A DNA stretch of 64,000 nt from Candidatus Thorarchaeota archaeon (GCA_029855935.1 JAGSHN010000005.1:96001-160000); one strand, 5' to 3'. Counted from the stretch's first letter, positions 45,443 to 55,567 are shown. Translations and numbers: made by a program. The notes: generated by a model not told the origin, from the sequence alone.

Positions 45443-48247
45443 TCAATGTAGTTCAACGGGGACCCAGAATGTAGACCAAGATGTCGCAAAGGTCGGGCTG
45501 CCAGTATTAACGTTGTTCCAGAACAACAGTCGAATCTGATAGTTCATGCCCACCTGCAATAGAAGGTCCTCAGCGTCGCCTGAGTCTAGAGGCAACAGGA
45601 ACTCCACTACGCCGTCGCTATAGGCGTATTCACTCGATGATGACCCAGTGGAGTCCAGCTGCCAGTCACCAACGTAGGACACATGGCCGTCATAGTAGTC
45701 ATGACCCTCATAGTTCACAATCCGGAGATCGGGTCGTTCGGTATTGTCCACCGGTGCCAGCTGTATTCCTAGGGAATCCTCCGTGGCGGAGAAGTCATCC
45801 ATTCGAATTCCGAAGTAGATGTGTGTCCCGTTAGACTGACAGTAGACTGTTGCACGGTAGTCACCACCGAACACAGTTTCATAGTGGGCGAAACTAGTTT
45901 CCGCGGTAGATAGCGACCCATCGAGCGACACGCCATCCAGTGGACCAATATTAGGTTTCCAGTCAGCTGCAGTCCTGTTCAACGACTGTTCAAGCATCGT
46001 GTAGTTGATCTCATAGATCTTCACCAGTCCGTACTCGGCACTGGTATACACGAGATTGAATGTATTGTACAGGGTGTCAGGGATATTGTTGACCCAACGC
46101 TTGTCACTGTCCTGCATATAGCCCCCAAGGTCGGCCCTCTTCCGAGCATCGGACAGCCCCATATCATTTGCCTCCTGCTCGCTATGGGGCTCGTTATAGA
46201 GCATCAGCTTGTAGAGAGTTGATGAGAAGAAGGCATCTTGGGTGTACTCCTTCTCCACAACGTCGGGTGTATCTGGGTTGTCACCAAGATAAGTGGCATC
46301 ATCAATCAGGCTGCTGCCGAATCGGTCCTCCGCGATTCGGACCATCCATGGCCACTTGCCGTCATCGCCGCCAAAGCCAGATATTCGATGACCCCAGTAT
46401 ACAAGAACGTGAGTTGCATTCCACATCTTGAATACGCGTAGCGACTCCGTCAGATTCAAGGCCATCAACGCATAGCCCATAAGAGCTATCTGCGTCCTAT
46501 TGTGAGTTGAGTTGTCGACTATTGTTCGCCCGCCACCAGCGCTATTAATCCAGTATCCATAGTCCCACCAGCTGGCAATCGTTGCTGTGGGCGGAAGAAC
46601 GTTCCTGATGAAGTTCATAGCGGTCTGCCAGTCAGTGTACTGTGCACCCTCGGCAATACTGCCAGATGCGAGCTCTGGACCACTGACCTGATTCACGGTA
46701 TAGCTGACACCACCAAAGACTGCCATAGATAGGACTAGAGCAACAAAACCATAGGCCATCAGCGTGTGCTCCGATGTCAGAGAAGTGCTGACTCGAAACC
46801 GTCTTCTCTCAAACACCGATTTCTCGGCAACTATCTTTGCATATGGCGACAGAGTCTGATGCACAGCCACAGCTGACAGGATGGCAACCCCTGGCGCGAG
46901 AATCAGAGCCAACCGGATCATGCTTCCCGCAAAGTACACCGACGTGAGGCCATATAGAAGGATGAGCCAGTCCTCATCGTGGCCTCGCTTGTAGAGGAAG
47001 TACATACCGAGCGGGAAGAAGAATATCAGCACCAGAAGCGTGTTGTAGAAGCTTGACCACGGGCTCGGGAGATGCTCTGCAACAGAGGCGAAGATCCGCT
47101 GGTCGAGCCTATAGAAGGGATTGATGACCGTCAGAAACTTGCCACCGATTCGGAGAACTGCGTTGGAATTGGCGGTTCTGATTGACAGGTCAGTTCCACT
47201 CCCGTATAAGAAGTAGGCACCGACGGCAATCAACGGCATGATGAGGCCTATTAGGAGCGGCTTCATGTGCGGAGAGAGTGCTGCAGCCGTAGAAACACGA
47301 TACCTCTCTATGCGTGTCCAGACCTCGTAGCTGGCAAGGAGCGCACCCACAGCAATCGGGGCCATATACGAGAGGGAGGTGATGTTCTCAAATCCGTTGC
47401 GAGGAACCAGTCCCCCGATGAATAGGCCCAATGATATCGTAATCATGTAGGAGGATAGAAGGCGCCGGCTGTACCGGCCTGCAACAAACATAAGGAATGC
47501 GTAGACAGCCAGAAGATCAACGAGGAAGTCAGCTGCGCCCCACGAGGCCATCAGATATCCGACCGATAGCCCCGCACCGACCGCAGAGGCAATCGAGTCG
47601 CGTTTGATGCTGCGAGTGAAGAAGAACAGACCGAGCACTATTGCGAAAACACCAATACACTCATTGTCAAAGAAGCCTTCCACAGTTCTCTGTAGGAAGG
47701 CGGGGAGATATCCCATGAACAGCGCAGTCAGAAGCCCTACGGTGTTGTTGTAGAGCTCGCGACCAAGAAAGAATGCAACAATTGTTGTCAGAGCACCCAT
47801 CAGAGCAGGCATGATCACAGAAACAAAGGTCACACTCACGTTGATTCCGAGAGCATGTGCTGCGAAGTAGAGGAAGGCGCTGGTGAATGGTACACCAACA
47901 TAGGTGGCCGTTGCAATGTCCCGGCCAAAGGGCATCCATGTCGTGTCATCGTACCAAGTGAAGAAGGCACCATATCCATGCTCTGAGATGTACTCAGTGA
48001 CCTTGAGTTGGAACCAAGGGTCGAACGCGCGGACTATTGGCTGCCTATCGACAAGAGGAAGAAGCCGAAGGGCGAGTGACACGAAGAAAATTATCGTCAA
48101 GGCAACAATGACCATCACGGATCCTCGTGAGATCTTTGCTTTCGGACGGTGAAATACCTGGCGGAGAAATCTGCCTGCAGACCTCTTGAGCTTCCTGAAT
48201 CGGGCCATAATGGGTGCGCTCTCCAATTCGTCTGGAATCATCGGCAT
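45443..48247 (-). CDS. aglB: Oligosaccharyltransferase catalytic subunit AglB/STT3 with extra C-terminal beta-rich domain
   Basis: FDPWF, W.P.GR, G.FDNE, SVAEH.P, WWDYGY, DNST.N, D.GKW.WMVRI. Confidence 0.93.
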   Translation of the reverse strand: MPMIPDELESAPIMARFRKLKRSAGRFLRQVFHRPKAKISRGSVMVIVALTIIFFVSLALRLLPLVDRQPIVRAFDPWFQLKVTEYISEHGYGAFFTWYDDTTWMPFGRDIATATYVGVPFTSAFLYFAAHALGINVSVTFVSVIMPALMGALTTIVAFFLGRELYNNTVGLLTALFMGYLPAFLQRTVEGFFDNECIGVFAIVLGLFFFTRSIKRDSIASAVGAGLSVGYLMASWGAADFLVDLLAVYAFLMFVAGRYSRRLLSSYMITISLGLFIGGLVPRNGFENITSLSYMAPIAVGALLASYEVWTRIERYRVSTAAALSPHMKPLLIGLIMPLIAVGAYFLYGSGTDLSIRTANSNAVLRIGGKFLTVINPFYRLDQRIFASVAEHLPSPWSSFYNTLLVLIFFFPLGMYFLYKRGHDEDWLILLYGLTSVYFAGSMIRLALILAPGVAILSAVAVHQTLSPYAKIVAEKSVFERRRFRVSTSLTSEHTLMAYGFVALVLSMAVFGGVSYTVNQVSGPELASGSIAEGAQYTDWQTAMNFIRNVLPPTATIASWWDYGYWINSAGGGRTIVDNSTHNRTQIALMGYALMALNLTESLRVFKMWNATHVLVYWGHRISGFGGDDGKWPWMVRIAEDRFGSSLIDDATYLGDNPDTPDVVEKEYTQDAFFSSTLYKLMLYNEPHSEQEANDMGLSDARKRADLGGYMQDSDKRWVNNIPDTLYNTFNLVYTSAEYGLVKIYEINYTMLEQSLNRTAADWKPNIGPLDGVSLDGSLSTAETSFAHYETVFGGDYRATVYCQSNGTHIYFGIRMDDFSATEDSLGIQLAPVDNTERPDLRIVNYEGHDYYDGHVSYVGDWQLDSTGSSSSEYAYSDGVVEFLLPLDSGDAEDLLLQVGMNYQIRLLFWNNVNTGSPTFATSWSTFWVPVELH

Positions 48248-48552
48248 CAGACTGTGGATGTGCTAAAAAGGTTGCGTTTGGAGGGGCACTTGTACTAGGA
48301 CTGCAAACAGCTGTCATGTAGAACTTCGTCGTTTTTGGAAATCTCGCGAGTGAATCATAGAGGCTCAAGGCAGAAAAGGAGTGCTACGATTCAGGAAGAC
48401 AGGTGGCGAGCCAAGTCAGGGTGCAGATGACCGACGCCATTGGCACACGGTTGCCCACTGGATGGCTAATCAGTATCCAGCGATGTAGGAACACAGATAG
48501 AAGCGGTGAGAGAGGGAACAGGGTCGCCCCATCACGTGCCCCGGGGCGACTA

Positions 48553-48957
48553 CTATTCTTGCAGTTCCGCGATGTACTTGGAATACTCCTCACTGGTCAT
48601 CAGAGATTTGAGGTCCTCTTCTAACTTGGATGGACGAATCTTGAACATCCATCCTCGACCGTACGGGTCCTCATTCACAATCTCGGGAGCATCTTCAAGT
48701 TCGGTGTTGACCTCGATGATCTCACCGCTGACTGGACTGAAGATGTCGGATGAGGCCTTCATCGACTCGACGAGCCCGCATTCTTCCCCCGCATTGACGA
48801 CGGTCCCGACCTCACTTATCTCGACATAGGTGATCTCGTGAAGCGCGTGTTGGGCATGGTCGGTTATTCCAACAACGACCACTCCATCTTCAATTCGAGC
48901 CCATTCATGATCCTTCGAGTAGTAGAGCCCGTCAACGACCTTCTTTCCTTCGCTCAT
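48553..48957 (-). CDS. gcvH: Glycine cleavage system H protein
   Basis: HEW, GITDHAQ, VESMKAS (lipoyl Lys), N.DPYG.GW. Confidence 0.95.
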   Translation of the reverse strand: MSEGKKVVDGLYYSKDHEWARIEDGVVVVGITDHAQHALHEITYVEISEVGTVVNAGEECGLVESMKASSDIFSPVSGEIIEVNTELEDAPEIVNEDPYGRGWMFKIRPSKLEEDLKSLMTSEEYSKYIAELQE

Positions 48958-49028
48958 CAGAGTGCACCTTCGCTCTTGGCTGACGCACAAGGGTGCTTAA
49001 ATGAGTTGCTGCAAAGCTAGCGGCCTAC

Positions 49029-50177
49029 CTACTGATTGCGCGCTTCACCATATCTCTGTGGGTCGTAGAATGGCCATTTGCGAGCCTCAGCACGTCTAAT
49101 TCTGCCCTTGATGTCAACCTCTATAGTATCACCCTCGTCGACCGAGCCGGGTGAAACATAGCCCATACCAATGCCCTTACCGAGGATGGGTGAGAGCCCG
49201 CCACTTGTGACAACTCCTATTTCATTGCCATCCGACAATAGTCGATACCCCTGTCGTGGAATACCACGGTCCACCATCACGAATCCTATTCTTGTCTTGC
49301 GAATCGCCCCCTCTTTCTTGTGTCTATATACAACGTCATAGCCAATATAGTGGGGCTCGACCTTCAGCTTAACTGCATAGGGGATCCGTGCCTCAATCGG
49401 CGATGTGTCCTCATCAAGCTCGTGACCGTACAGCACAAAACCAGCCTCGAGACGGGTCGAGTCGCGAGATCCAAGCCCACAGGGGCGCGCCCCAAGGTCT
49501 TCACCGGTTGAGAGTATTCTCTCCCAGAACTCTATTGCTTTCCTACGTCCCTCATCGTTGAAGGGAGTGTCAAGCAATAGAATCTCGCCACCAGCCTCAC
49601 CAGTGTACCCAGTTCGGCACAAGTAGCAATCTTGGCCAAACAATGTCATCCGACTACAGCTGAAACGTGGAAGAGAGCGAACATCGGTGTTTGCCATCCT
49701 TGAGAGAAGCTCAAGAGCGTTTGGACCTTGGACCGCAATCATGACAACCCTGCGCGACCAGTCCTCCAGATGGACATCGAACCCACTGGAATGCTCTTGG
49801 AGATGGCCCCAGATCTTGGAGGCATTCGATGCATTGGTGACCCAGATGAATTCGTGCTCGCCTACTCGATAGAGCATCAGGTCGTCTCGCACGCCGCCTC
49901 GCTCATTGAGACAGGTCGAGTAGTGTCCCATATTGATGCGCAACTTCCGGACGTTGTTTGTTGTCACGGTCTGCAGAAAGTCGACCGCATCGGGGCCAGA
50001 TATGGAGAAGCGTGCCATATGGGTGGTATCGAATATTCCGACCGCCTCTCGAACCGCCATATGCTCCTCGCGAATATCGCTAAACCGGACTGGCATCTCC
50101 CATCCTGCAAACTCTACGATGTCGCCATGCTTCACATGCCATTCGTATAGGTGAGTCCTCTTCAGACCTGTATTCAT
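49029..50177 (-). CDS. gcvT: Glycine cleavage system aminomethyltransferase T
   Basis: FAGWEMP, EHMAVR, FD..HM, RTGYTGE, GLG.RD..RLEAG. Confidence 0.95.
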   Translation of the reverse strand: MNTGLKRTHLYEWHVKHGDIVEFAGWEMPVRFSDIREEHMAVREAVGIFDTTHMARFSISGPDAVDFLQTVTTNNVRKLRINMGHYSTCLNERGGVRDDLMLYRVGEHEFIWVTNASNASKIWGHLQEHSSGFDVHLEDWSRRVVMIAVQGPNALELLSRMANTDVRSLPRFSCSRMTLFGQDCYLCRTGYTGEAGGEILLLDTPFNDEGRRKAIEFWERILSTGEDLGARPCGLGSRDSTRLEAGFVLYGHELDEDTSPIEARIPYAVKLKVEPHYIGYDVVYRHKKEGAIRKTRIGFVMVDRGIPRQGYRLLSDGNEIGVVTSGGLSPILGKGIGMGYVSPGSVDEGDTIEVDIKGRIRRAEARKWPFYDPQRYGEARNQ

Positions 50178-50253
50178 AGGGGCACCACTGTATGCTCGGC
50201 CGGCCATGCTAGGTTTTAATTTCTTCCATTCTTGCGAAACTTGGCGAGCGCAG

Positions 50254-51483
50254 ATGTTGTATCAACGACAGGTACGTGTGAGGGACACATATGTCGGGCG
50301 TGACGCGCCCACGCGTCTAATGGCCGTTGTGAATGTCTCTAGCGAGTCGTTCTTTGCAGGCTCGGTAGTGGCCCCCGAGAGCATCGACAAGAGAGTGAGG
50401 CTGTTAGAGAGGCAGGGAGCAGAGATCATAGACATAGGTGGGGCATCCAGCGCGCCCACAGAGATCTATGGTACTGAGCATATCTCCGTCGAGGAAGAAT
50501 TGAAACGGATACAGCGAGCAATGAGGGTTGCACGAGACGCAACCGACCTCCCCATCTCGATTGACACTAGCTCTGCAGATGTGGCAAGGTTGGCTCTGGA
50601 CCTCGGTGCGGATATGGTCAATGATATCACTGGCCTCAAGGGAGACCCACAGATGGCACCTCTTGTAGTGAGAGAGGACGTTCCGGTGGTGATAATGGCG
50701 AGCTGCAATGGGCCGTGCCAAGATGCAGAAACGACATGGATGGAAATGAAGAGGAGTCTTGAGCTGGCAGCACAGGCAGGAATTGATGATGACAAGATAG
50801 TCATTGACCCGGGCATAGGATTTGGGAGACCACCAGATGAGGACTTCCGGCTCATCAGGGAGTTGCCCATGTTTTGCACTCTCGGTCATCCGGTCCTAGT
50901 AGGAGTTTCTCGAAAGGCATTCATAGGAAGCCTTCTCAATCACCCGAACCCCGAGGACCGCCTCATAGGAAGTGTTGCCGTCACATCAGTCGCAGTCGCA
51001 AATGGCGCGGACATAATCAGGACGCATGATGTCGAGGAAACAAGGGAGGCAATACAGATAGGGCTGGCGCTTAGAAGACCTGAGATACGGAACGAGGAAA
51101 CCGTCCTCCTTGACAATGTGGAAGAGCCTCAGCTGATCTCTGTGCTCGAGAGGATTGGTGTTGATCCGGAGATTAGAGGAAGATTGACGAAAAAGAGTGT
51201 CATGCTGAATCTGTTGATTGGAAGTGTTGCCACACCTGCCGCGCTCGTGATAAAGCAGGAGATGCTGGCATTGGGCGGCGATGCCGCCTACCACAGAGAC
51301 GTTATTGACTGCAGGGTATCAGACACCACTCTCTTGATTGTGGGGACTCCATTGCAGTTGGAGAAACTAGGGAGGCGACTGCGAAAGATGAACTACTTCG
51401 GATTGCCGAGGATTGCTGAACAGATTCGATATATCTTGGAGAAGAGAGAGGAGAGGGCGGTGGTCCCGGTTGGACTGGGCTGA
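50254..51483 (+). CDS. folP: Dihydropteroate synthase with C-terminal accessory domain
   Basis: MAVVNVS.ESF, DIGG, SIDT, NDITG, DPGIGFG, SRKAF, RTHDV; C-terminal IKQEMLALGGDAA domain. Confidence 0.9.
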   Translation: MLYQRQVRVRDTYVGRDAPTRLMAVVNVSSESFFAGSVVAPESIDKRVRLLERQGAEIIDIGGASSAPTEIYGTEHISVEEELKRIQRAMRVARDATDLPISIDTSSADVARLALDLGADMVNDITGLKGDPQMAPLVVREDVPVVIMASCNGPCQDAETTWMEMKRSLELAAQAGIDDDKIVIDPGIGFGRPPDEDFRLIRELPMFCTLGHPVLVGVSRKAFIGSLLNHPNPEDRLIGSVAVTSVAVANGADIIRTHDVEETREAIQIGLALRRPEIRNEETVLLDNVEEPQLISVLERIGVDPEIRGRLTKKSVMLNLLIGSVATPAALVIKQEMLALGGDAAYHRDVIDCRVSDTTLLIVGTPLQLEKLGRRLRKMNYFGLPRIAEQIRYILEKREERAVVPVGLG

Positions 51484-52204
51484 GTGGAAACCTCTGTATT
51501 TGCGGATAGTAGATATGCTTGGTCTCGATGTCGAAGCGGACAGGCGTGCCACTGCCATGTTGGATCGCCTGCTCGCTAGCCGTGACGTAGATGATCTCGT
51601 GCAGAAACTCAGACGGACAATATATGATACGGAGGTCATAGTGTGTGGAGCTGCCCCCTCACTTGACGCCCATCTCAGGATGATCAAGGAACAGCATTTC
51701 GCGGACGGGCGGGTGGTCATTGCAGCAGATGGGGCACTGGAGGCGCTGATAGGTGAGGAAGTCCATTGTGATATAGTCGTCACAGACCTTGATGGTGATC
51801 GGGGAGGGCTGATTCCCTCTACAAGACAGGGCACCCTTGCGGTAGTCCATGCACACGGAGACAACATCCCGCTCATACGAAGCGTTGTGCCGAGAGCATC
51901 TAATATCATTGGTAGTACCCAGGTTGAGCCGACTGAACATGTACATCTTTGGGGCGGTTTCACCGATGGGGACAGAGCATGCTATCTAGCGGCCCACTAC
52001 AGCCCACGCAAGATAATCCTAGCAGGCATGGACTTTGGGAGCATAGTTGGGAGATGGTCCAAGCCCGCGTGTGAGTCAGCGTCCCCAGCGAGCAGACAAA
52101 AGCGTCTCAAGATGTCGATTGGGAGGTGGCTTCTCTCTACGATAGAGAAACGGTTTCACGTCCCTCTGACGTATGTTGACAATGAAACTGTGTTTCAGCG
52201 CTGA
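51470..52204 (+). CDS. mptE: 6-hydroxymethyl-7,8-dihydropterin pyrophosphokinase (archaeal type)
   Basis: W.P.Y..I, AADGA, VTDLDG, HAHGDN, GGFTDGDRA, AGMDF. Confidence 0.92.
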   Translation: MDWAEWKPLYLRIVDMLGLDVEADRRATAMLDRLLASRDVDDLVQKLRRTIYDTEVIVCGAAPSLDAHLRMIKEQHFADGRVVIAADGALEALIGEEVHCDIVVTDLDGDRGGLIPSTRQGTLAVVHAHGDNIPLIRSVVPRASNIIGSTQVEPTEHVHLWGGFTDGDRACYLAAHYSPRKIILAGMDFGSIVGRWSKPACESASPASRQKRLKMSIGRWLLSTIEKRFHVPLTYVDNETVFQR

Positions 52205-52620
52205 GGTGGCAACTTGAGGCCGAAGAGATACGTCATTATGAGGTACGCAGCACCAGCGAGGATAGCACCAAGTATTAGGAGACGAGTCGCGTAACCCGGC
52301 TGAAACACGTACTTCGAGGAGTAGTATATGAGGCCCAAGCCCAATGTCCCTATGAAAATAACCACCGACGCCACAAGGCCCTCCATTCCTAGCTGTACGT
52401 CAATTCCTCTCACAACAAGAATGGGCTCGCCATTGGGGCCACCAGCAATGGGCGGAGGAGTCTTCACCAGCGTGTAGATGTTTCCGCCGAGAACGAAGAG
52501 TATGGCAATGAACATGATTCCAAAGACCACTATGTCAGGAGGCCGTGTCGGCGTACTGAATCTCGGACGAGCTAGACGCATCCGAGGTCGAACTATGAAC
52601 TTGGGCCACCACATCTTCAC
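52195..52620 (-). CDS. DC2/OSTC-like (OST3/OST6 family TM region) oligosaccharyltransferase accessory subunit
   Basis: GG.IY....PP...Q..MEGL..S......G.LG...KLP; three TM helices and no thioredoxin domain. Confidence 0.8.
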   Translation of the reverse strand: MKMWWPKFIVRPRMRLARPRFSTPTRPPDIVVFGIMFIAILFVLGGNIYTLVKTPPPIAGGPNGEPILVVRGIDVQLGMEGLVASVVIFIGTLGLGLIYYSSKYVFQPGYATRLLILGAILAGAAYLIMTYLFGLKLPPQR

Positions 52621-52801
52621 TTGGCAAACCTCAGGCTGCGAAATAGCGGTCGGCTTTTAAGAATATCGCGAGATGAGAAATCGCACTAGGGCAGGTCATG
52701 GCCAGATCACTCACCAGTGACACAATCACTTCGATAGTCCTTCAAGATACCTTCAACCACCACTCGCAACTATGGCCTCGTCATAACCAGGGGAGAGAAA
52801 G

Positions 52802-54928
52802 ATGGCGAAAGTCCTGATAATCTCAGAGAAGCCGGCTGCAGCCGAGAAAATAGCGTTGGCATTGGATGAGAAGCATGAACCAAAGGTCATCAAGGCCAGA
52901 GGAGCATCATACTATGAATGCGAGAGAAACAACGACACGCTCTTTGTTGTCTATGCACTTGGGCACCTGTACGAACTCAAGCAGACACAGAAGGGATGGA
53001 CGTATCCACGGTTCGAAACCAAATGGGTCCCAAAGTACGAGGTAGAAAAGAAGGCCACGAACGTCAAACCTGTCATCAGTCTCATCCGGAAACTGTCCAA
53101 GGAGTCTGATGCCTTTGTCGTTGCAACGGACTATGACATAGAGGGAAGTCTCATCGGATATCTCGCACTCAAGTACGCGTGCGGAGTCGACCTTCAGAGG
53201 GCAAGAAGAATGCGCTTCTCCACGCTCACCGTGGGAGAACTGGAGAGAGCCTATGTCAACGCTCTGCCCAGCCTAGACTTCCCGCTTGTACGTGCAGGCT
53301 GTCTGAGGCACAAGGTTGACTGGCTATACGGGATCAACCTAACTCGGGCACTGACACTATCAATCAAGAGAGCAGCAGGCTGGTTCAAGATTGTTTCGAC
53401 TGGGAGGGTGCAGGGCCCGACGCTGGCGCTTGTGGCTGAACGGGAGAAGCAGATCAATAGCTTTGTTCCCACCCCCTACTGGGTCATAGTCGGCAGAGTG
53501 AGAGTCAATGACAAGACCATCGACATAGATTATAGACGGCAGCGCATCCAGACGCGAATGGAGGCTCAATCTGTCGTCAATGCGCTTCAAGGCAAGCAAC
53601 TTACCGTGACGCAAGTAGAAAGCAAGAGAAGGAAGCTCGGCCCACCAGTACCGTTCAATCTCAGCGGACTCCAGAGCGAGGCATACAGGCACTTTGGCTT
53701 CAGGCCAAGTCGTACACTGGCGATAGCGCAGAAACTGTATCTTGATGCCCTCATCTCATATCCCCGGACATCGAGCCAGCAGATTCCCGACAGTATAGAT
53801 ACTCGCAGTATATTGCGGCAACTGGGTGAACAGAAGAAGTATGCAAGAATCGTCGAAGAAGTGCTGCAAAGCGGAAGGGAGAGGCCAGTACAAGGGAAGA
53901 AGACGGATCCTGCACATCCTGCCATCCATCCTACAGGCAATGCACCAACAAGGAAATTGACACCAAGCGAGAGGAAGCTGTACGATCTGGTCGTCCGCAG
54001 GTTCGTTGCACTGTTCGGGAAGGATGCCCTGAGGGAGAGCGTGAGGGTGACTCTGAAGCACGATGAGCACATCTTCTACATCAGGGGACGACGCATATTG
54101 GAGCGTGGCTGGATAGAATACTACGAACCATACGTTGAGATGGGCGAACGGGAGGTCCCGGCACTTGCAGAGGGCGATGTCTTGAAGATTGCGGAGGTAG
54201 TAGCCGAGGAGAAGACAACGACGCCCCCGCCGCGGTACAATCCTTCCAGTCTTTTGAAGGAACTTGAGAAGCAGGGCCTTGGTACGAAGGCCACGCGCGC
54301 CTCCATTGTCGACTCGCTAAAATCACGAGGCTACACTCTGAACGACAAGTTTGAGCTGTCGGCACTTGGCTACGCGGCATTTGAAACACTCGAACGTCAC
54401 GTTCCCGAGATCCTCTCGGCTGAGTTCACACGGAGGTTGGAGCGGCATATGGAGGAGGTACAACTGGGGAAACGCACAATGGAGGAGGTTCTCAATGAGG
54501 CGGAGGCGACCCTTGGAAGAATCCTCGAACAGTTCAAGGAGAGAGAGGAGGCCATAGGCGAAGAGCTGGTTGCGGGACTCAGAGGCTATTGGAGAGAGAG
54601 GGAGGAGATTGGGCTGTGTCCGAAATGTGGTGAAGGAACCTTGGTCATCATACGCTCCCCAAAGACCGGAAAACGGTTTATCGGATGCTCAAGATACAAA
54701 GAGGGTGGCTGTGATGCGACATTCCCGCTACCTCAGAAGGGGACCATCACCCCCTTGAAGAAGAAATGCGAATACTGTGGGTATCAGATGATTAGGATCT
54801 CGCGAGGAAAGAGGGGGTGGGAAACCTGCATCAATTGGGCCCAGTGTCCGGGACGCCAAGATCAGCTCAAGCGGCTGAGAGAGCGACAACGTCAGGAGGA
54901 AACAAAGGAGGGCGACAATAGTGAGTGA
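52802..54928 (+). CDS. topA: Type IA DNA topoisomerase
   Basis: ISEKP, GHL, ATDYDIEG, STGRVQ, ISYPRT, HPAIHPT, GTKATR, Zn ribbons. Confidence 0.96.
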   Translation: MAKVLIISEKPAAAEKIALALDEKHEPKVIKARGASYYECERNNDTLFVVYALGHLYELKQTQKGWTYPRFETKWVPKYEVEKKATNVKPVISLIRKLSKESDAFVVATDYDIEGSLIGYLALKYACGVDLQRARRMRFSTLTVGELERAYVNALPSLDFPLVRAGCLRHKVDWLYGINLTRALTLSIKRAAGWFKIVSTGRVQGPTLALVAEREKQINSFVPTPYWVIVGRVRVNDKTIDIDYRRQRIQTRMEAQSVVNALQGKQLTVTQVESKRRKLGPPVPFNLSGLQSEAYRHFGFRPSRTLAIAQKLYLDALISYPRTSSQQIPDSIDTRSILRQLGEQKKYARIVEEVLQSGRERPVQGKKTDPAHPAIHPTGNAPTRKLTPSERKLYDLVVRRFVALFGKDALRESVRVTLKHDEHIFYIRGRRILERGWIEYYEPYVEMGEREVPALAEGDVLKIAEVVAEEKTTTPPPRYNPSSLLKELEKQGLGTKATRASIVDSLKSRGYTLNDKFELSALGYAAFETLERHVPEILSAEFTRRLERHMEEVQLGKRTMEEVLNEAEATLGRILEQFKEREEAIGEELVAGLRGYWREREEIGLCPKCGEGTLVIIRSPKTGKRFIGCSRYKEGGCDATFPLPQKGTITPLKKKCEYCGYQMIRISRGKRGWETCINWAQCPGRQDQLKRLRERQRQEETKEGDNSE

Positions 54929-55151
54929 GTGTAGAATCTGTGGGAGGGAGCCGGTAGATGGCAGGTACTGTAGATATCATAGGGTCGCATTCGACAATCT
55001 AAGAGAGAAATATGCGGTGTGGAAAGAGGCGGCGGGTGTGTCGTGGGACGACTACCTAGAGCGATTGAGGCAGAACCCGGAAACGGGCCGATGGGTCTTA
55101 GAACTCATCGAGGATCTGATGACAGAAGATGATCCTTCAGTGACTGCATAA
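54921..55151 (+). CDS. Small putative Zn-binding protein
   Basis: CRICG...YCRYH, W..YL, ETG.W; overlaps the topA stop. Confidence 0.7.
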   Translation: MSECRICGREPVDGRYCRYHRVAFDNLREKYAVWKEAAGVSWDDYLERLRQNPETGRWVLELIEDLMTEDDPSVTA

Positions 55152-55461
55152 GACTTGGCAATATGTCCCGACCAAGTCGGTCAACCGACACGATGGCAAG
55201 ACATGGGCGGCCAGTCCATCGAGACACCTGTTCCGCTATCACTCGAACAATCATCTGTTCTGCGTCAACACCGAAAAGCGGTGTGGAGAGCGGGCCCTCC
55301 ATACCCGATGCTCCAGGAAATGCCAGTGCAATTGGGCCGATACGGAACCCCTCTGTGGAAGACAATAGCAGCACGATAGAGTCTGCGAGATGAAGCGCTC
55401 GCCCATATACCCTTCCAGCTTGCGTTTCAATCACAAAGTCAGACAGTTCGGTGGATGCCAT
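55105..55461 (-). CDS. Proteasome assembly chaperone 4 (PAC4/PSMG4)-like protein
   Basis: L.DS..L, IALA, P.ST.L.G, IA...SR.T.RP pattern and ~118-aa length resemble recalled PSMG4. Confidence 0.65.
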   Translation of the reverse strand: MASTELSDFVIETQAGRVYGRALHLADSIVLLLSSTEGFRIGPIALAFPGASGMEGPLSTPLFGVDAEQMIVRVIAEQVSRWTGRPCLAIVSVDRLGRDILPSLMQSLKDHLLSSDPR

Positions 55462-55567
55462 AGGTTCTATGACCTCATTCCCAATAGTCATGCGTCAATC
55501 TCGACGCCCTACCAACTGTGAGACAATAGCATTATCAAGATGTTGCATGCCTATCCACGAGAGCCGA

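Noticed and set aside
48248-48552. 300-bp gap between aglB and gcvH with short ORFs
   Set aside because: No convincing coding signal or stable structure; probably promoter/terminator space.
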